Shown here in pieces: positions 35,542 to 45,146 of a DNA stretch of 64,000 nt. Position 1 is the first letter of the stretch. Every line of letters starts with the position of its first letter. This stretch comes from Fimbriiglobus sp. (lineage in GTDB: Bacteria; Planctomycetota; Planctomycetia; Gemmatales; Gemmataceae). The stretch lies in NCBI GenBank assembly GCA_043727575.1, contig JAYSYN010000244.1, forward strand, positions 2,932 to 66,931, read 5' to 3'. The notes beneath the pieces were generated by a model that was not told where the DNA came from, made no database searches, and saw only the letters and a program-made list of their open reading frames with translations. Position numbers and translations under genes: made by a program.

Positions 35542-36142
35542 ATGGATATTCTGCTCGTCCACGGCTTGGGCCGCACTCCTGTTTCGCTGTTTATGATGGC
35601 CGCGGCTTTCCGGCGCGAGGGGCACCGCACCCAATTCTTCGGCTATTCGCCGACCTTTGAATCTCTGCCTCGGATCGTCCGCCGATTGACGGCTCGGCTC
35701 GAAACCCTTGCGGGTGAACCGGTCGGGCTCATCGGCCATTCGCTCGGCGGGCTTCTACTGCGGATGGCGATCCCCGAGGTACACCCTCCGTGTCCGACGG
35801 CTCGTCATGCTCGGGACGCCCAATCGCCCTCCGCGATTGGGCCGGCGCGCTTGGAAGTTTTTCGCGTTCCGTTGGCTGACGGGCGATTGCGGCTCGTTGC
35901 TGGCTCATCCCGATCTATACGCCGCGATTCCGATCCCCCGTGTGCCGTACACGTTGATCGCGGGAACCGCCGGGCCGTGCGGGCGATGGTCCCCGTTCGG
36001 CGATGACCGGAACGACGGAATCGTCGCCGACGATGAAGTGCCACTCGGCGACGGGGATGAACCGCTGCTCTTCCCAGTCTGGCACACATTCATGATGAAC
36101 GACCGCCACGTGCAGGAAACAGTGGTCGCTGCATTTCGTTAG
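35542..36142 (+). pseudogene. alpha/beta hydrolase (lipase-like, GHSLGG) interrupted by a +1 frameshift near 35782-35792
   Basis: In frame 1 the sequence reads MDILLVHGLGRTP...LIGHSLGGLLLRMAIPEV and then becomes nonsense. Homology-like sequence resumes in the next frame with RVRRLVMLGTPN...YTLIAGT...NDGIVADDEV...HTFMMND and runs to the stop at 36142. Confidence 0.6.
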
Positions 36143-36182
36143 AGCGGATTTCGATTTTTCCTACCGGTCCTGTTTCTTATTT

Positions 36183-36232
36183 GCCCCGAAGGGGCCGGCT
36201 TCGTTTGTGTGGTAAGCCGGCCCCTTCGGGGC
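36183..36232. repeat. REP-like 19-bp perfect inverted repeat between convergent genes; a second hairpin lies at 36254-36273
   Basis: GCCCCGAAGGGGCCGGCTT (36183-36201) pairs with AAGCCGGCCCCTTCGGGGC (36214-36232). Downstream is CCCAGGGC-ttcc-GCCCTGGG. Confidence 0.8.
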
Positions 36233-36317
36233 GGAAGATTCTTATCCGCGGTCCCCAGGGCTTCCGCCCTGGGCTGTAAAAGTCGGCCCTGTTGGGGCGA
36301 AGAACAGAAGGGCACTT

Positions 36318-39218
36318 TCACCCCCGCAGCGGCGCTTGCCAAGCTTCTTTCAATTCGCTCAGCTTTGTCCAGATGAGCCATTCCCCGTTCGCATCGGCAA
36401 TGCGCAGGCGTTGTTCCTTCACGGTGATTCCCACCTTCGCGAAGGGCAGTCCGGCAAAAATGCGCTCGAGTGCCCCGGCGTTGTCGGGGATCGCTTCGAT
36501 CACGAAGCGCGTTGCCGATTCGCTAAAGAGCTTCGTGCCGTCCGGCAACCCCGCCGCCCCCGGCAGCACTGACAACCCGGTGACATCGGCGCCGACTTCC
36601 CCGGCGAAGGCCATCTCCGCGAGCGTCACCGCCAAGCCCCCTTCGCTGCAATCGTGGCACGCCCGGATCAGCCCTGCCCGGATCGCAGCGTGCAGGGCGG
36701 TGAAGATCTTCGGGGCAAGTGCCAGATCCACCGCAGGAGGCACTCCGCCTTGTAATTTCAGCAGTTCATGGAGGTGCGAACCGCCGAGTTCGTCATTCGT
36801 ATTCCCGAGTACGTAGACGTCGTTCCCCGGCGATTTGAAATCCATCGTGATGCAGTGACGGACATCGGGCACCACCGCCAGCGACGAAATCAGCAGCGTG
36901 TGCGGGATCGAAATCTTCGTGCCGTCTTTGGCGACGAAGCTGTTGTTCAAACTGTCCTTGCCCGAGATGAACGGCGTGCCGAAGGCGAGGGCGACATCCC
37001 GGCAGGCCTCGGCCGTGCGGACGAGCGCCCCGAGCATCGCCGGTTCGGTGACGTTGCCCCAACAGAAGTTGTCGAGGATCGCGGTGCGGCTCGGATCGCC
37101 GCCGACCGCGACGACGTTGCGCAGCGCTTCGTCGATCGCCGCGGCCGCACCCGCGTACGGATCGAGGTCGGCGTAGCGCGGGTTGATGCCGTTGCCCACC
37201 GCGAAGCCCATCATCGAACCGAGCACCGGCATCACCACGGCCGCGTCGCTGGGGCCGTCGTTGCGGACGCCCGTCAGCGGTTTGATCACGCTGCCGCCTT
37301 GCACTTCGTGGTCGTACTGCCGGATCACCGATTCCTTCGAGGCCACCGATGGCATCTCCAGAATCTCCAGCAGCATCTCTTGCGAGATGAATTTCGGCAG
37401 GGCCACCGGTTCGGTGACAACGGCTTGCCACTCGGCTTGCAACACGATCTTCGGCCGGCCGTCGTGGAGGAAGTGCATGTCGACGTTGCCGACGGTCTGC
37501 CCGCGGAATTTGAGGATCAACCGGCCACTCGCTTCGAACGTCCCGAGGCACGCGGCTTCGACATCTTCCGCTTCGCAGAGCGCCTTCAATGCGGGCCATT
37601 TCTCGGGGCGCACGGACACCACCATCCGCTCCTGCGATTCGGAAATCCAGATCTCGGTGTAGCTGAGCCCTTCGTATTTCAGGGGTGCGGCGTCGAGATT
37701 GACCGTCGCGCCGAGTTCGGCCCCCATCTCGCCGACGGCGCTGCTGAACCCGCCGGCGCCGCAGTCGGTGATGGCCGTATACAAACCGAGGTCGCGGGCT
37801 TGCAGGATGACGTCGAGGACTTTCTTCTCGGTGATCGCGTTGCCGATCTGCACGGCCCCGCCGCTGACTTTCTCCGATTCGTCGTGCAATCCTTCGCTCG
37901 AAAACGTCGCGCCGTGGATGCCGTCGCGCCCGGTGCGCCCGCCGACGGCGACGATCAAATCCCCCGGCAGCACCTCTTTGAATTCCATGCCGACGGGGAT
38001 CAGCCCGACGGTGCCGCAGAAGACGAGCGGGTTGGCGAGGTAGCGATCCTCGAACACGATGGCCCCGTTGACCGTGGGGATGCCCATGCGATTGCCGTAG
38101 TCGCGGACGCCGGCGACGACGCCACTCATGGTGCGACGGGGATGGAGCACTCCCGCCGGCAGTCTCTCGATGGGGAAGTCGGGTCGGGCGAAGCAGAAAA
38201 CGTCGGTATTGCAGACGGGTTTGCCGCCGAGGCCGGTGCCGAGGACATCGCGGATGACGCCGCCGAGGCCGGTGTTGGCCCCGCCGTAGGGTTCGATGGC
38301 GCTCGGCCGATTGTGCGTTTCCACCTTGAAGCAGAGGTGAAAGTCGGGGTGGAACTTCACGATGCCAGCGTTGTCCGAAAAGACGCTGACGCACCAATCG
38401 TCGGCTCCGAGGCAGGTTCGGATGGTCTGCGTCGCCCCGAAGATCGTCTCTTTCAGCAGGTTTTTGTAGTGACGGTGGGTTGTCACTCCGCCGATCGTCT
38501 CGCTGTATTGCACTTCGCCTTTGAGTGTCTTGTGCGAACAGTGTTCGCTCCAAGTTTGGGCGATGCTCTCGAGTTCGATGTCGGTCGGAGCCCGACCTTG
38601 ACTGACGAAGTGATCTCGGATCGTCCGCATTTCTTCGAGGGTCAGCGCGAGCGTTCCCGACTTGCTGACGTGCATCAACCCCGCATCGTCGAGGTCGGCG
38701 AGTGGCACCGGCATCAGTCGGAAGTCGCGCGGTTGGCCGAGAGCGAGGTGCGACGCGTGCACCGGGCCGACCACCACTTGTTCGATCGCGTCGTTGGCCA
38801 GCACCTTGCGGAGGAGCGTCTCGCGCTCCGTCGAACCGATCCCGTCGCGTCCGTAGTAGCGGCGGAACGTCCGCACGGCGCTCAGGGGCACTTTCAAATC
38901 GGAGGCGGCCTTCGACACGCTCTCGGCGGTCGGGTCCATCACACCCGGTTTGAAAAGCACGGTGTACACCGGTGAATCGAGCATCGCCCCGAGTTCGCGC
39001 ACCGCCCCCGTTTCGACGATGGCATCGACCAAGAGAACATCCGTTAACTTCTGCGCATCGGATCGAGTCAGCCCTTCACTTTCTAACAGGAAACCGCGAG
39101 CGGATCGCGCGACGTAGTCGCCGCCGCGGTTGGAGTGCGTGATCAGATCGAATTCGGCGCGCACCCGATCGCGCTCGCCGTCGTGGCCCAGCGGAACGAT
39201 TTCAACTTCCCAGAGCAT
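36318..39218 (-). CDS. purL: phosphoribosylformylglycinamidine synthase subunit PurL with an N-terminal PurS-like extension
   Basis: HCSHKT, ETHNRPSAIEPY(G)GA.TG.GGVIRD, GIPTV.G and DCGAGG are AIR-synthase-related repeats typical of PurL. The 966-aa product is about 220 aa longer than stand-alone PurL. The first roughly 80 aa (MLWEVEIVPLGHDGERDRVRAEFDL...) look PurS-like. Confidence 0.9.
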   Translation of the reverse strand: MLWEVEIVPLGHDGERDRVRAEFDLITHSNRGGDYVARSARGFLLESEGLTRSDAQKLTDVLLVDAIVETGAVRELGAMLDSPVYTVLFKPGVMDPTAESVSKAASDLKVPLSAVRTFRRYYGRDGIGSTERETLLRKVLANDAIEQVVVGPVHASHLALGQPRDFRLMPVPLADLDDAGLMHVSKSGTLALTLEEMRTIRDHFVSQGRAPTDIELESIAQTWSEHCSHKTLKGEVQYSETIGGVTTHRHYKNLLKETIFGATQTIRTCLGADDWCVSVFSDNAGIVKFHPDFHLCFKVETHNRPSAIEPYGGANTGLGGVIRDVLGTGLGGKPVCNTDVFCFARPDFPIERLPAGVLHPRRTMSGVVAGVRDYGNRMGIPTVNGAIVFEDRYLANPLVFCGTVGLIPVGMEFKEVLPGDLIVAVGGRTGRDGIHGATFSSEGLHDESEKVSGGAVQIGNAITEKKVLDVILQARDLGLYTAITDCGAGGFSSAVGEMGAELGATVNLDAAPLKYEGLSYTEIWISESQERMVVSVRPEKWPALKALCEAEDVEAACLGTFEASGRLILKFRGQTVGNVDMHFLHDGRPKIVLQAEWQAVVTEPVALPKFISQEMLLEILEMPSVASKESVIRQYDHEVQGGSVIKPLTGVRNDGPSDAAVVMPVLGSMMGFAVGNGINPRYADLDPYAGAAAAIDEALRNVVAVGGDPSRTAILDNFCWGNVTEPAMLGALVRTAEACRDVALAFGTPFISGKDSLNNSFVAKDGTKISIPHTLLISSLAVVPDVRHCITMDFKSPGNDVYVLGNTNDELGGSHLHELLKLQGGVPPAVDLALAPKIFTALHAAIRAGLIRACHDCSEGGLAVTLAEMAFAGEVGADVTGLSVLPGAAGLPDGTKLFSESATRFVIEAIPDNAGALERIFAGLPFAKVGITVKEQRLRIADANGEWLIWTKLSELKEAWQAPLRG

Positions 39219-40047
39219 CGCGCACCCTCTTCCCTTCGGCCAACCAGCGGATCAACGCGGCGCGATCGCCTTCCGCGACGATCCGCCGAAAGTCCCGAAT
39301 CCGCAGTAGAAATTGATCGATGGCCCCGAGGACCGCCGGGCCGTTGGCCTCGAAGATCGCGGCCCACAAGTCCGGGTCGCCCGCGGCGATGCGCGTGCTA
39401 TCCCGAAAGCCCCCGGCCGTGAGGTTCAACCATCCGGTCGGCGTGACGGCGGCGAGCGCACTGGCCACGGCGTGGGGCAAATGGCTCGTGAAGGCCAGGG
39501 CACGGTCGTGTTCTTCGGGCGTCATCCGCAGGACGCGGGCGCCGAGTTGTCGCCAGAAAAATTCCACGGCCGCGGTCGCTTCGCCATCGGTGTCCGCCGT
39601 GGGGGTCGTGATGACCAGGCGGTCGTCGAACAGATCGGCACTGGCATTCGAGCTGCCGCGCTTTTCGGAACCGGCCAACGGATGCGCGGGGACGAATGTC
39701 GGGCCGGTCGCGCTCAATTTCCCGGCGAGGGCCGCGAGGATATTCCCCTTCGTACTGCCGACATCGGTGATGAGGCAGTGCGGCGGCGCGGCTTTCGCCA
39801 CGGCCAGCACATCGTCGGCGATGCGATCCACCGGCGTGCAGATGACGACGATGTCCGCGTCGGCCACGGCTTCGGTCACATCGGTGGAGAACGAATCGAT
39901 GGCGCCGGAACTCAAAGCGCGGGCGAGGTTGCGTTCGTCCCGACCGACGCCCCTGACGCGCAGGGCAGCGCCGCGCGCTTTGGCCGCGAGGCCGACGGAA
40001 CCGCCGAGCAATCCGACGCCGAGGATGGTGAGCTGAGCGACGGTCAT
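39202..40047 (-). CDS. tyrA: prephenate/arogenate dehydrogenase
   Basis: LTILGVGLLGGSVGLAAK is the NAD fold. It is followed by VVICTPV, DVGSTK, FVPAHPLAGSEK and SHLPH. The gene overlaps the purL start by 17 nt. Confidence 0.85.
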   Translation of the reverse strand: MTVAQLTILGVGLLGGSVGLAAKARGAALRVRGVGRDERNLARALSSGAIDSFSTDVTEAVADADIVVICTPVDRIADDVLAVAKAAPPHCLITDVGSTKGNILAALAGKLSATGPTFVPAHPLAGSEKRGSSNASADLFDDRLVITTPTADTDGEATAAVEFFWRQLGARVLRMTPEEHDRALAFTSHLPHAVASALAAVTPTGWLNLTAGGFRDSTRIAAGDPDLWAAIFEANGPAVLGAIDQFLLRIRDFRRIVAEGDRAALIRWLAEGKRVRDALGS

Positions 40048-40172
40048 AGAAATTTTATAGAAGTGCTCGCCCGGACTTCACCGCCGATTTTCCGGAAGCG
40101 TTCGCGCGGGCTCGATGGTACGATCTCCCACCGCCCCCGTCCGCTCCTCCGTTTCTCTGCCCGGAGTTCTCC

Positions 40173-41207
40173 ATGCGTCTCGTACCCCGCTCCGCGCGAT
40201 CGGCGTTCACGCTGATCGAATTACTGGTTGTCATAGCGATCATCGCCATCCTCATCGGCCTGCTGCTACCCGCGGTGCAGAAAGTGCGCGAGGCCGCCGC
40301 GCGGATGAGCTGCAGCAATAATCAGAAGCAGATCGGTATCGCCTGCCACGCCCACCACGACAACCTCGGCACGCTGCCGCCGTCGGTGCTCATGCACCGC
40401 AACGTCACCAACCCGGCCGACTTCAACCAGAACTTCGGCCCGAACTGGGCGGTGCTCATCCTGCCGTACTTGGAACAGGGGAATTTGTACAACGCCGTGA
40501 GCGCCAGCGTGCAGAACTATCCGGTGAACGGGGATTCGAGCTGGCGGTCACTCGCGGCGACGGCGCTCAAAGCGTATCGTTGCCCATCGGACACCGGCGG
40601 TGACACGCCGAGCACCCGGGTCGGCACGTGGGCGCGGGGGAATTACGGCGCCAACGCCGGCCCGGGAATGTTCTGGCTGGGCGGGAATGACGCGGCGATC
40701 GCGTCTAGCGGCGGCGTAATGGGGGATAACAGCCCGACCTTCTCCGGCGTCTTCGGCTACAACGCAACACCGTATCCCGGCGGTGGCGTCATGCCGGTGA
40801 ATCGTGGGATCACACTACTGTCGATCACCGACGGCACGTCGAACACCGTGTTGGTGGACGAACTGCGGATCGGGCCGAGCCAGAACGATATCCGCGGCAC
40901 GTGGGCCATGGGTCAAGCGGGCGCGAGCATCAGCGCCGGCAGCGGTCGGGACGACACGCCGACGCCGAACTTCTCGTGCTCCGGGTGCGACGACATCCTC
41001 GGTTCCGACGACCGCCCGGACATCGGGATGGGTTCGTGCAGCGGCTGCGGCAGTTGGCAGGTCACGGCAAAAAGCCGGCACACCGGCGGTGTGATGACGG
41101 CCTTCTCGGACGGCAGCGTCCGGTTCATCCGCAACTCCGTCGGTCAGCGGACCTGGTTCTTGCTCCACAGCCGCAACGACGGCAACACCTTCAACAACGA
41201 TTTCTAG
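40173..41207 (+). CDS. DUF1559 protein with prepilin-type N-terminal cleavage/methylation domain
   Basis: [54 protein letters not shown]...[11 protein letters not shown]...HTGGVMTAFSDGSVRFI. Confidence 0.88.
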   Translation: MRLVPRSARSAFTLIELLVVIAIIAILIGLLLPAVQKVREAAARMSCSNNQKQIGIACHAHHDNLGTLPPSVLMHRNVTNPADFNQNFGPNWAVLILPYLEQGNLYNAVSASVQNYPVNGDSSWRSLAATALKAYRCPSDTGGDTPSTRVGTWARGNYGANAGPGMFWLGGNDAAIASSGGVMGDNSPTFSGVFGYNATPYPGGGVMPVNRGITLLSITDGTSNTVLVDELRIGPSQNDIRGTWAMGQAGASISAGSGRDDTPTPNFSCSGCDDILGSDDRPDIGMGSCSGCGSWQVTAKSRHTGGVMTAFSDGSVRFIRNSVGQRTWFLLHSRNDGNTFNNDF

Positions 41208-41212
41208 TTCGC

Positions 41213-41419
41213 TCACTTCGGCGGTAGGACTTTGGGCGAAGCGTCCGGAAGTGCGGTTGGACCTTTCTGCTTTTGCATCGCCCCCGGCGGTGGCGGGGGA
41301 GTGCCGATGGGCGGCAGATTCGGCTGTTCTTGGTCCCGCGTGCCGCACCCGGCCGCGGGCAACAGCAGCGCGAGCCCGAGTGCCACGGCACAGCTACGCG
41401 GGAATACGTTCCGGGTCAT
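41213..41419 (-). CDS. small lipoprotein (68 aa), Pro-rich
   Basis: The product is MTRNVFPRSCAVALGLALLLPAAGCGT, with lipobox LPAAGC. It lies 25 nt downstream of a DUF1559 gene. I took the internal Met of the track ORF. Confidence 0.5.
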   Translation of the reverse strand: MTRNVFPRSCAVALGLALLLPAAGCGTRDQEQPNLPPIGTPPPPPGAMQKQKGPTALPDASPKVLPPK

Positions 41420-41444
41420 CGCGGGCTCCTGGGGACGGATGCGT

Positions 41445-42296
41445 TCAGTCGGGGAGGGCGACGACCAAGCCGTCGTTATAGGTCCAGAGTCGGAATAGCA
41501 TTTCGGCGTCCACACCGACGCGCACGCCGCGGACCGAGCCGTCCGCATTCGCGCAGGGCATCGTGTTGGTGTGCGGGGTGCTCATGTAGTACTGCATGTT
41601 TTCCGGGTCGTAGTTATCGGGCACCACAAAACCCGGTTGCCGTTTGTGTTCCCAGTGATCGCCGACCGTGCTGCCGCCATCCCAGCAGGCCCAGTTGAAG
41701 TCTGTGCGCGTCTGACCGTACGCCGCCGGACTGCCGCCGTTGTAATACTTCGGGGCGACGCCCTTGTGCCCCAAGAACAGGGTGTTGGAAGTCCCGTCGG
41801 TGATGCCGACGATGGTCGGCGACCGGTGATTTGGTCCGCTCGCCAAGTAAGGCCCACCGAGAATGGTGTACCACCCCGAAGCCCCGCTGCGGAAACCCCA
41901 ATCGACGTGGTGTACGGCGCCATAATCGTCGAATGCGCCCGTGGCTCCCGGACGCCGGCTCGGGCAGAGAAAAGTCTTGATCGGTTTGACCGCTGCCGGC
42001 GACTGATTCCCCTGTTCGATGTACGGCAAAAGGGCGGAAAAGACCGTGAGCGGCTTTCCGGTCGGATTCTGACCACCATAGTCGTCGTCGATCGGCATCC
42101 GTCCATTCGCATCGTGGTAAGCGTGGCTGCCCAGCGCCAACTGTTTCAAGTTGTTCGTGCAGCTCATCCGCGCGGCGGCTTCACGGACCTTCTGGACCGC
42201 GGGCAGCAGAAGGCCGATAAGTATGGCGATGATGGCGATCACCACCAGCAGTTCGATCAGCGTGAACGCCGATCTCCGACGCGAGATTTTGGACAT
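41445..42296 (-). CDS. DUF1559 protein with prepilin-type N-terminus
   Basis: [62 protein letters not shown]...[13 protein letters not shown] trimmed to Met26 of the track ORF. Confidence 0.88.
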   Translation of the reverse strand: MSKISRRRSAFTLIELLVVIAIIAILIGLLLPAVQKVREAAARMSCTNNLKQLALGSHAYHDANGRMPIDDDYGGQNPTGKPLTVFSALLPYIEQGNQSPAAVKPIKTFLCPSRRPGATGAFDDYGAVHHVDWGFRSGASGWYTILGGPYLASGPNHRSPTIVGITDGTSNTLFLGHKGVAPKYYNGGSPAAYGQTRTDFNWACWDGGSTVGDHWEHKRQPGFVVPDNYDPENMQYYMSTPHTNTMPCANADGSVRGVRVGVDAEMLFRLWTYNDGLVVALPD

Positions 42297-42449
42297 GGCG
42301 GGGACCTTTACGAATTTGGATGAATTGGAAGAATTGGAAGAATTGCAACGCCCTGCGACTGCCGACATCACGGGTGCGGACCTCGGCGATCAATTTTGAA
42401 GGCCATCCGCGCGTTCGCCGGAAGCCGCGCGGATGCCTCCAATGGATGC

Positions 42450-43487
42450 TCAGTCCAAAGGAAATCCCGCGACGCCGTCGTTGCGACAGTTGGCCCAGTG
42501 CCACGCGGCCGGGGTGACCGAGTCGCGTACGAAACGCACGCTCCCATCGCTCATGCAAGCGTTCACCCCGCCGATGTGCCGGCTGCGGGCATCGGCTTGC
42601 CAGTTCGGCCAGTTGTTCGGCAGGTTGTCGTTCGAACACCCCATCTTGAGCTTCCCGAGGCCGCTGTTGCCCACGCCCATCGACGTACGGATGTCGTTGC
42701 AGTTTTCGATATCGTCCGAGTATTCGTTGGCGTCGTTCGGGGCGGCGCAATCCCCGAATCCGACGGCTCCGGTCAAACTCGAACCGCCGACCCCCATCGC
42801 CCAAGCGCCGCGTCGGTCGCTCGAGGTCAGCCCGATTCGGAGTTCGTTGATCATCACCGTGTTCGACGTCCCGTCGGTGATGTCGGTGAATCTGGCACCC
42901 CAGTTGACACCCATGACCCCGCCCCGGAAACCGTCTTGTCCGGAACTCCCGATGCTCCAGTTGATGAACCCGCCCCCGGCATTCGCCCCATAATTGCCCC
43001 GCGCCCAGTTGCCGCCGTTGAGCGCGAAAGCAATCTCGCTCCCGGTGTCGCTCGGGCAGAGCATGCTGGGGACTTTCGTACCGCGGATGTTCCGCCAGTT
43101 TTGGTTGGTCCCATTCGACGGCATGAAATTGTTGATGTCCGTGGCAAACTGGTTGTATAGATTCCCCTGTTCGATTTGCGGGAGGACGAGAACGACCCAG
43201 TTCGGCCCGAAGCCGGGGGTCCGGTAGACGCTCAGCACGTTCGCCGTACCCGGTGCACCCGGGTTGTAAACCTGCACGGCGGGCGGCAGTGCACCGTTCG
43301 TGTCGTGGTAATTGTGGCACCCCAACCCGAGCTGCTTGAGATTGTTGCTGCACTTCATCCGCGCGGCGGCTTCGCGCACTTTCTGGACCGCCGGCAATAG
43401 CAGGCCAATGAGGATGGCGATGATCGCAATCACGACCAGAAGTTCGATCAGCGTGAACGCCGACCGTCGGGGTGAGACGGGACGCAT
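42450..43487 (-). CDS. DUF1559 protein with prepilin-type N-terminus
   Basis: [62 protein letters not shown]...[11 protein letters not shown]...HIGGVNACMSDGSVRFV. I trimmed to Met89 of the track ORF. Confidence 0.88.
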   Translation of the reverse strand: MRPVSPRRSAFTLIELLVVIAIIAILIGLLLPAVQKVREAAARMKCSNNLKQLGLGCHNYHDTNGALPPAVQVYNPGAPGTANVLSVYRTPGFGPNWVVLVLPQIEQGNLYNQFATDINNFMPSNGTNQNWRNIRGTKVPSMLCPSDTGSEIAFALNGGNWARGNYGANAGGGFINWSIGSSGQDGFRGGVMGVNWGARFTDITDGTSNTVMINELRIGLTSSDRRGAWAMGVGGSSLTGAVGFGDCAAPNDANEYSDDIENCNDIRTSMGVGNSGLGKLKMGCSNDNLPNNWPNWQADARSRHIGGVNACMSDGSVRFVRDSVTPAAWHWANCRNDGVAGFPLD

Positions 43488-43695
43488 GAGAAGTACCTCG
43501 ACCAAAACGGGAAGAAAGGATCCGTCAGATAGGGCGAGATCGGAATCTACCAGTCGCTCGCACCGCGTGCAAGCGCTAAACAAATACATTTCAAATCGCC
43601 GCCGGGTTTCCGGACATTCCGAGTTCCCCCGCGTCGACCGGCGTGCTAATCTACTAGAATAATAACGTGTGTCATTTCGCGGGTGAGGTTTCACC

Positions 43696-43995
43696 ATGAG
43701 CCGTATGAGTCGGGAATTCGGGTTGGTTCTGCTCGGGGCAGGCATCCTCACCGCCGGCTACTTCTTGGCGCCGTCGCCGGAAGACGAAATGGAAAAGAAA
43801 GCCGACGACCAAGCCGCGGACCGCACCGGGCACGACCGCACGCATCACCGCCACGGGATGGTGCCGCTGTTCTTGTTCATTCATAGCCCGGCTTACGCGG
43901 GGAATGCGTCGGGCCGACCGTCGGCCTACTCGCCGACCACGCGGGCCGGCGGCTTCGGTTCCGCCGGGCGGGCCTTCTCGGGCGGCGGTAGCTGA
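43696..43995 (+). CDS. small membrane protein, YgiB/YjfM (DUF1190)-like C-terminus
   Basis: It has an N-terminal TM (FGLVLLGAGILTAGYFL) and a C-terminal TRAGGFGSAGRAFSGGGS. That tail resembles the TRGGFG...GG tail I recall for E. coli YgiB. It lies directly upstream of a YgiC-like gene. Confidence 0.5.
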   Translation: MSRMSREFGLVLLGAGILTAGYFLAPSPEDEMEKKADDQAADRTGHDRTHHRHGMVPLFLFIHSPAYAGNASGRPSAYSPTTRAGGFGSAGRAFSGGGS

Positions 43996-43996
43996 T

Positions 43997-45127
43997 ATGC
44001 ACCGCATGGCGGTCGAACCCCGGGCCGATTGGCAGCGGAAAGTCGAGGCCTTGGGACTCCATTTTCACACCCTCGGCGGCGAGCCGTACTGGGATGAATC
44101 GGCCTGTTACACCCTCTCGAAGTTCGAAGTCGATAGCATCGAACGCGCGACCTACGGCTTGTGGGAAATGTGCCTCGAACTCGTACAGCACGTCATCGAC
44201 AACCGCATGTTCGGTCTGTTTTTGATTCCGCCCGAATTCGAAGAAATTGTGATCCGCAGTTGGGACGAAGACTGGCCTTCGATTTACGGGCGCTTCGATC
44301 TCGCATTCGACGGCGTCGGCCCGCCGAAGTTGCTCGAATTCAACGCCGATACGCCGACCGGTTTGGTCGAAGCGTCCGTAGCCCAATGGCATTGGCTGAA
44401 GGAGACCGACGAGCGCGGCGACCAGTTCAACAGCATCCACGACCGGCTGCTCGAAGCGTGGGCCGCGGCCAAAGCATTCGACCCCGCCCCGATCCACTTC
44501 GCGGCCATCGAAGGCAACGTCGAAGATTACATCACGGTCGAATACCTCCGCGACACGGCCATCCAAGCCGGGATTCAAACCGCGTACCTCGATATCGAAG
44601 CCATCGGCTACGACACGGCCCGGAAGCGGTTCACCGATCCGCAAAACCGCGTGATCCAGAACATCTTCAAGCTCTACCCGTGGGAATGGCTGACGAAAGA
44701 CACCTTCGGTCAACACGTCCCCGCTTCGGGGACGAAGTGGATCGAACCGCCTTGGAAGATGATTCTCTCGTGCAAATCGATTTTGCCGCTGCTCTATCAG
44801 TTGAACCCCGATTCGCCGTTTCTGTTGCCGGCGTGGTTCGAGGCGCCGAGCTTCGGCAGCTACGTGAAGAAGCCAATCCACGCGCGTGAAGGCGCGAACA
44901 TCCAAGTCGTCCGCAACGGTGTCGCCGAGCAAGAAACGGCGGGAACATACGACACGTCCGTCTGCGTCTACCAGCAGTTGGCGAACCTGAAAGAGCACGA
45001 CGGCATGTACCCGATCGTCGGCAGTTGGGTCGTCCACGGCTGGGCCTGCGGCATCGGCATCCGCGAAGATCGCAACCTGATCACGCAGAACACGAGCCGG
45101 TTCATCCCGCACAAACTGTCGGATTGA
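43997..45127 (+). CDS. glutathionylspermidine-synthase-family ATP-grasp protein (YgiC/YjfC-like)
   Basis: RADWQRKVEALGLHFHTLGGEPYWDES..Y.L...LLEFNADTPTGLVEA...FKLYPWEWL...KPIHAREGANI...GIGIREDRNLITQNTSRFIPH parallels E. coli YgiC along its whole length. Confidence 0.9.
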   Translation: MHRMAVEPRADWQRKVEALGLHFHTLGGEPYWDESACYTLSKFEVDSIERATYGLWEMCLELVQHVIDNRMFGLFLIPPEFEEIVIRSWDEDWPSIYGRFDLAFDGVGPPKLLEFNADTPTGLVEASVAQWHWLKETDERGDQFNSIHDRLLEAWAAAKAFDPAPIHFAAIEGNVEDYITVEYLRDTAIQAGIQTAYLDIEAIGYDTARKRFTDPQNRVIQNIFKLYPWEWLTKDTFGQHVPASGTKWIEPPWKMILSCKSILPLLYQLNPDSPFLLPAWFEAPSFGSYVKKPIHAREGANIQVVRNGVAEQETAGTYDTSVCVYQQLANLKEHDGMYPIVGSWVVHGWACGIGIREDRNLITQNTSRFIPHKLSD

Positions 45128-45146
45128 CGATTCCCGGAGACCGACG

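Noticed and set aside
36139-36381. 80-aa minus-strand ORF between the hydrolase and purL
   Set aside because: It is composed of the REP-like hairpins (its translation contains the palindrome-encoded PSGQ/PLRG repeats). It is a repeat artefact.
36768-38975. 735-aa plus-strand ORF and 586-aa minus-strand alternate-frame ORF over purL
   Set aside because: The PurL frame carries all conserved motifs. These frames give Arg/Asp/Gly-rich sequence only.
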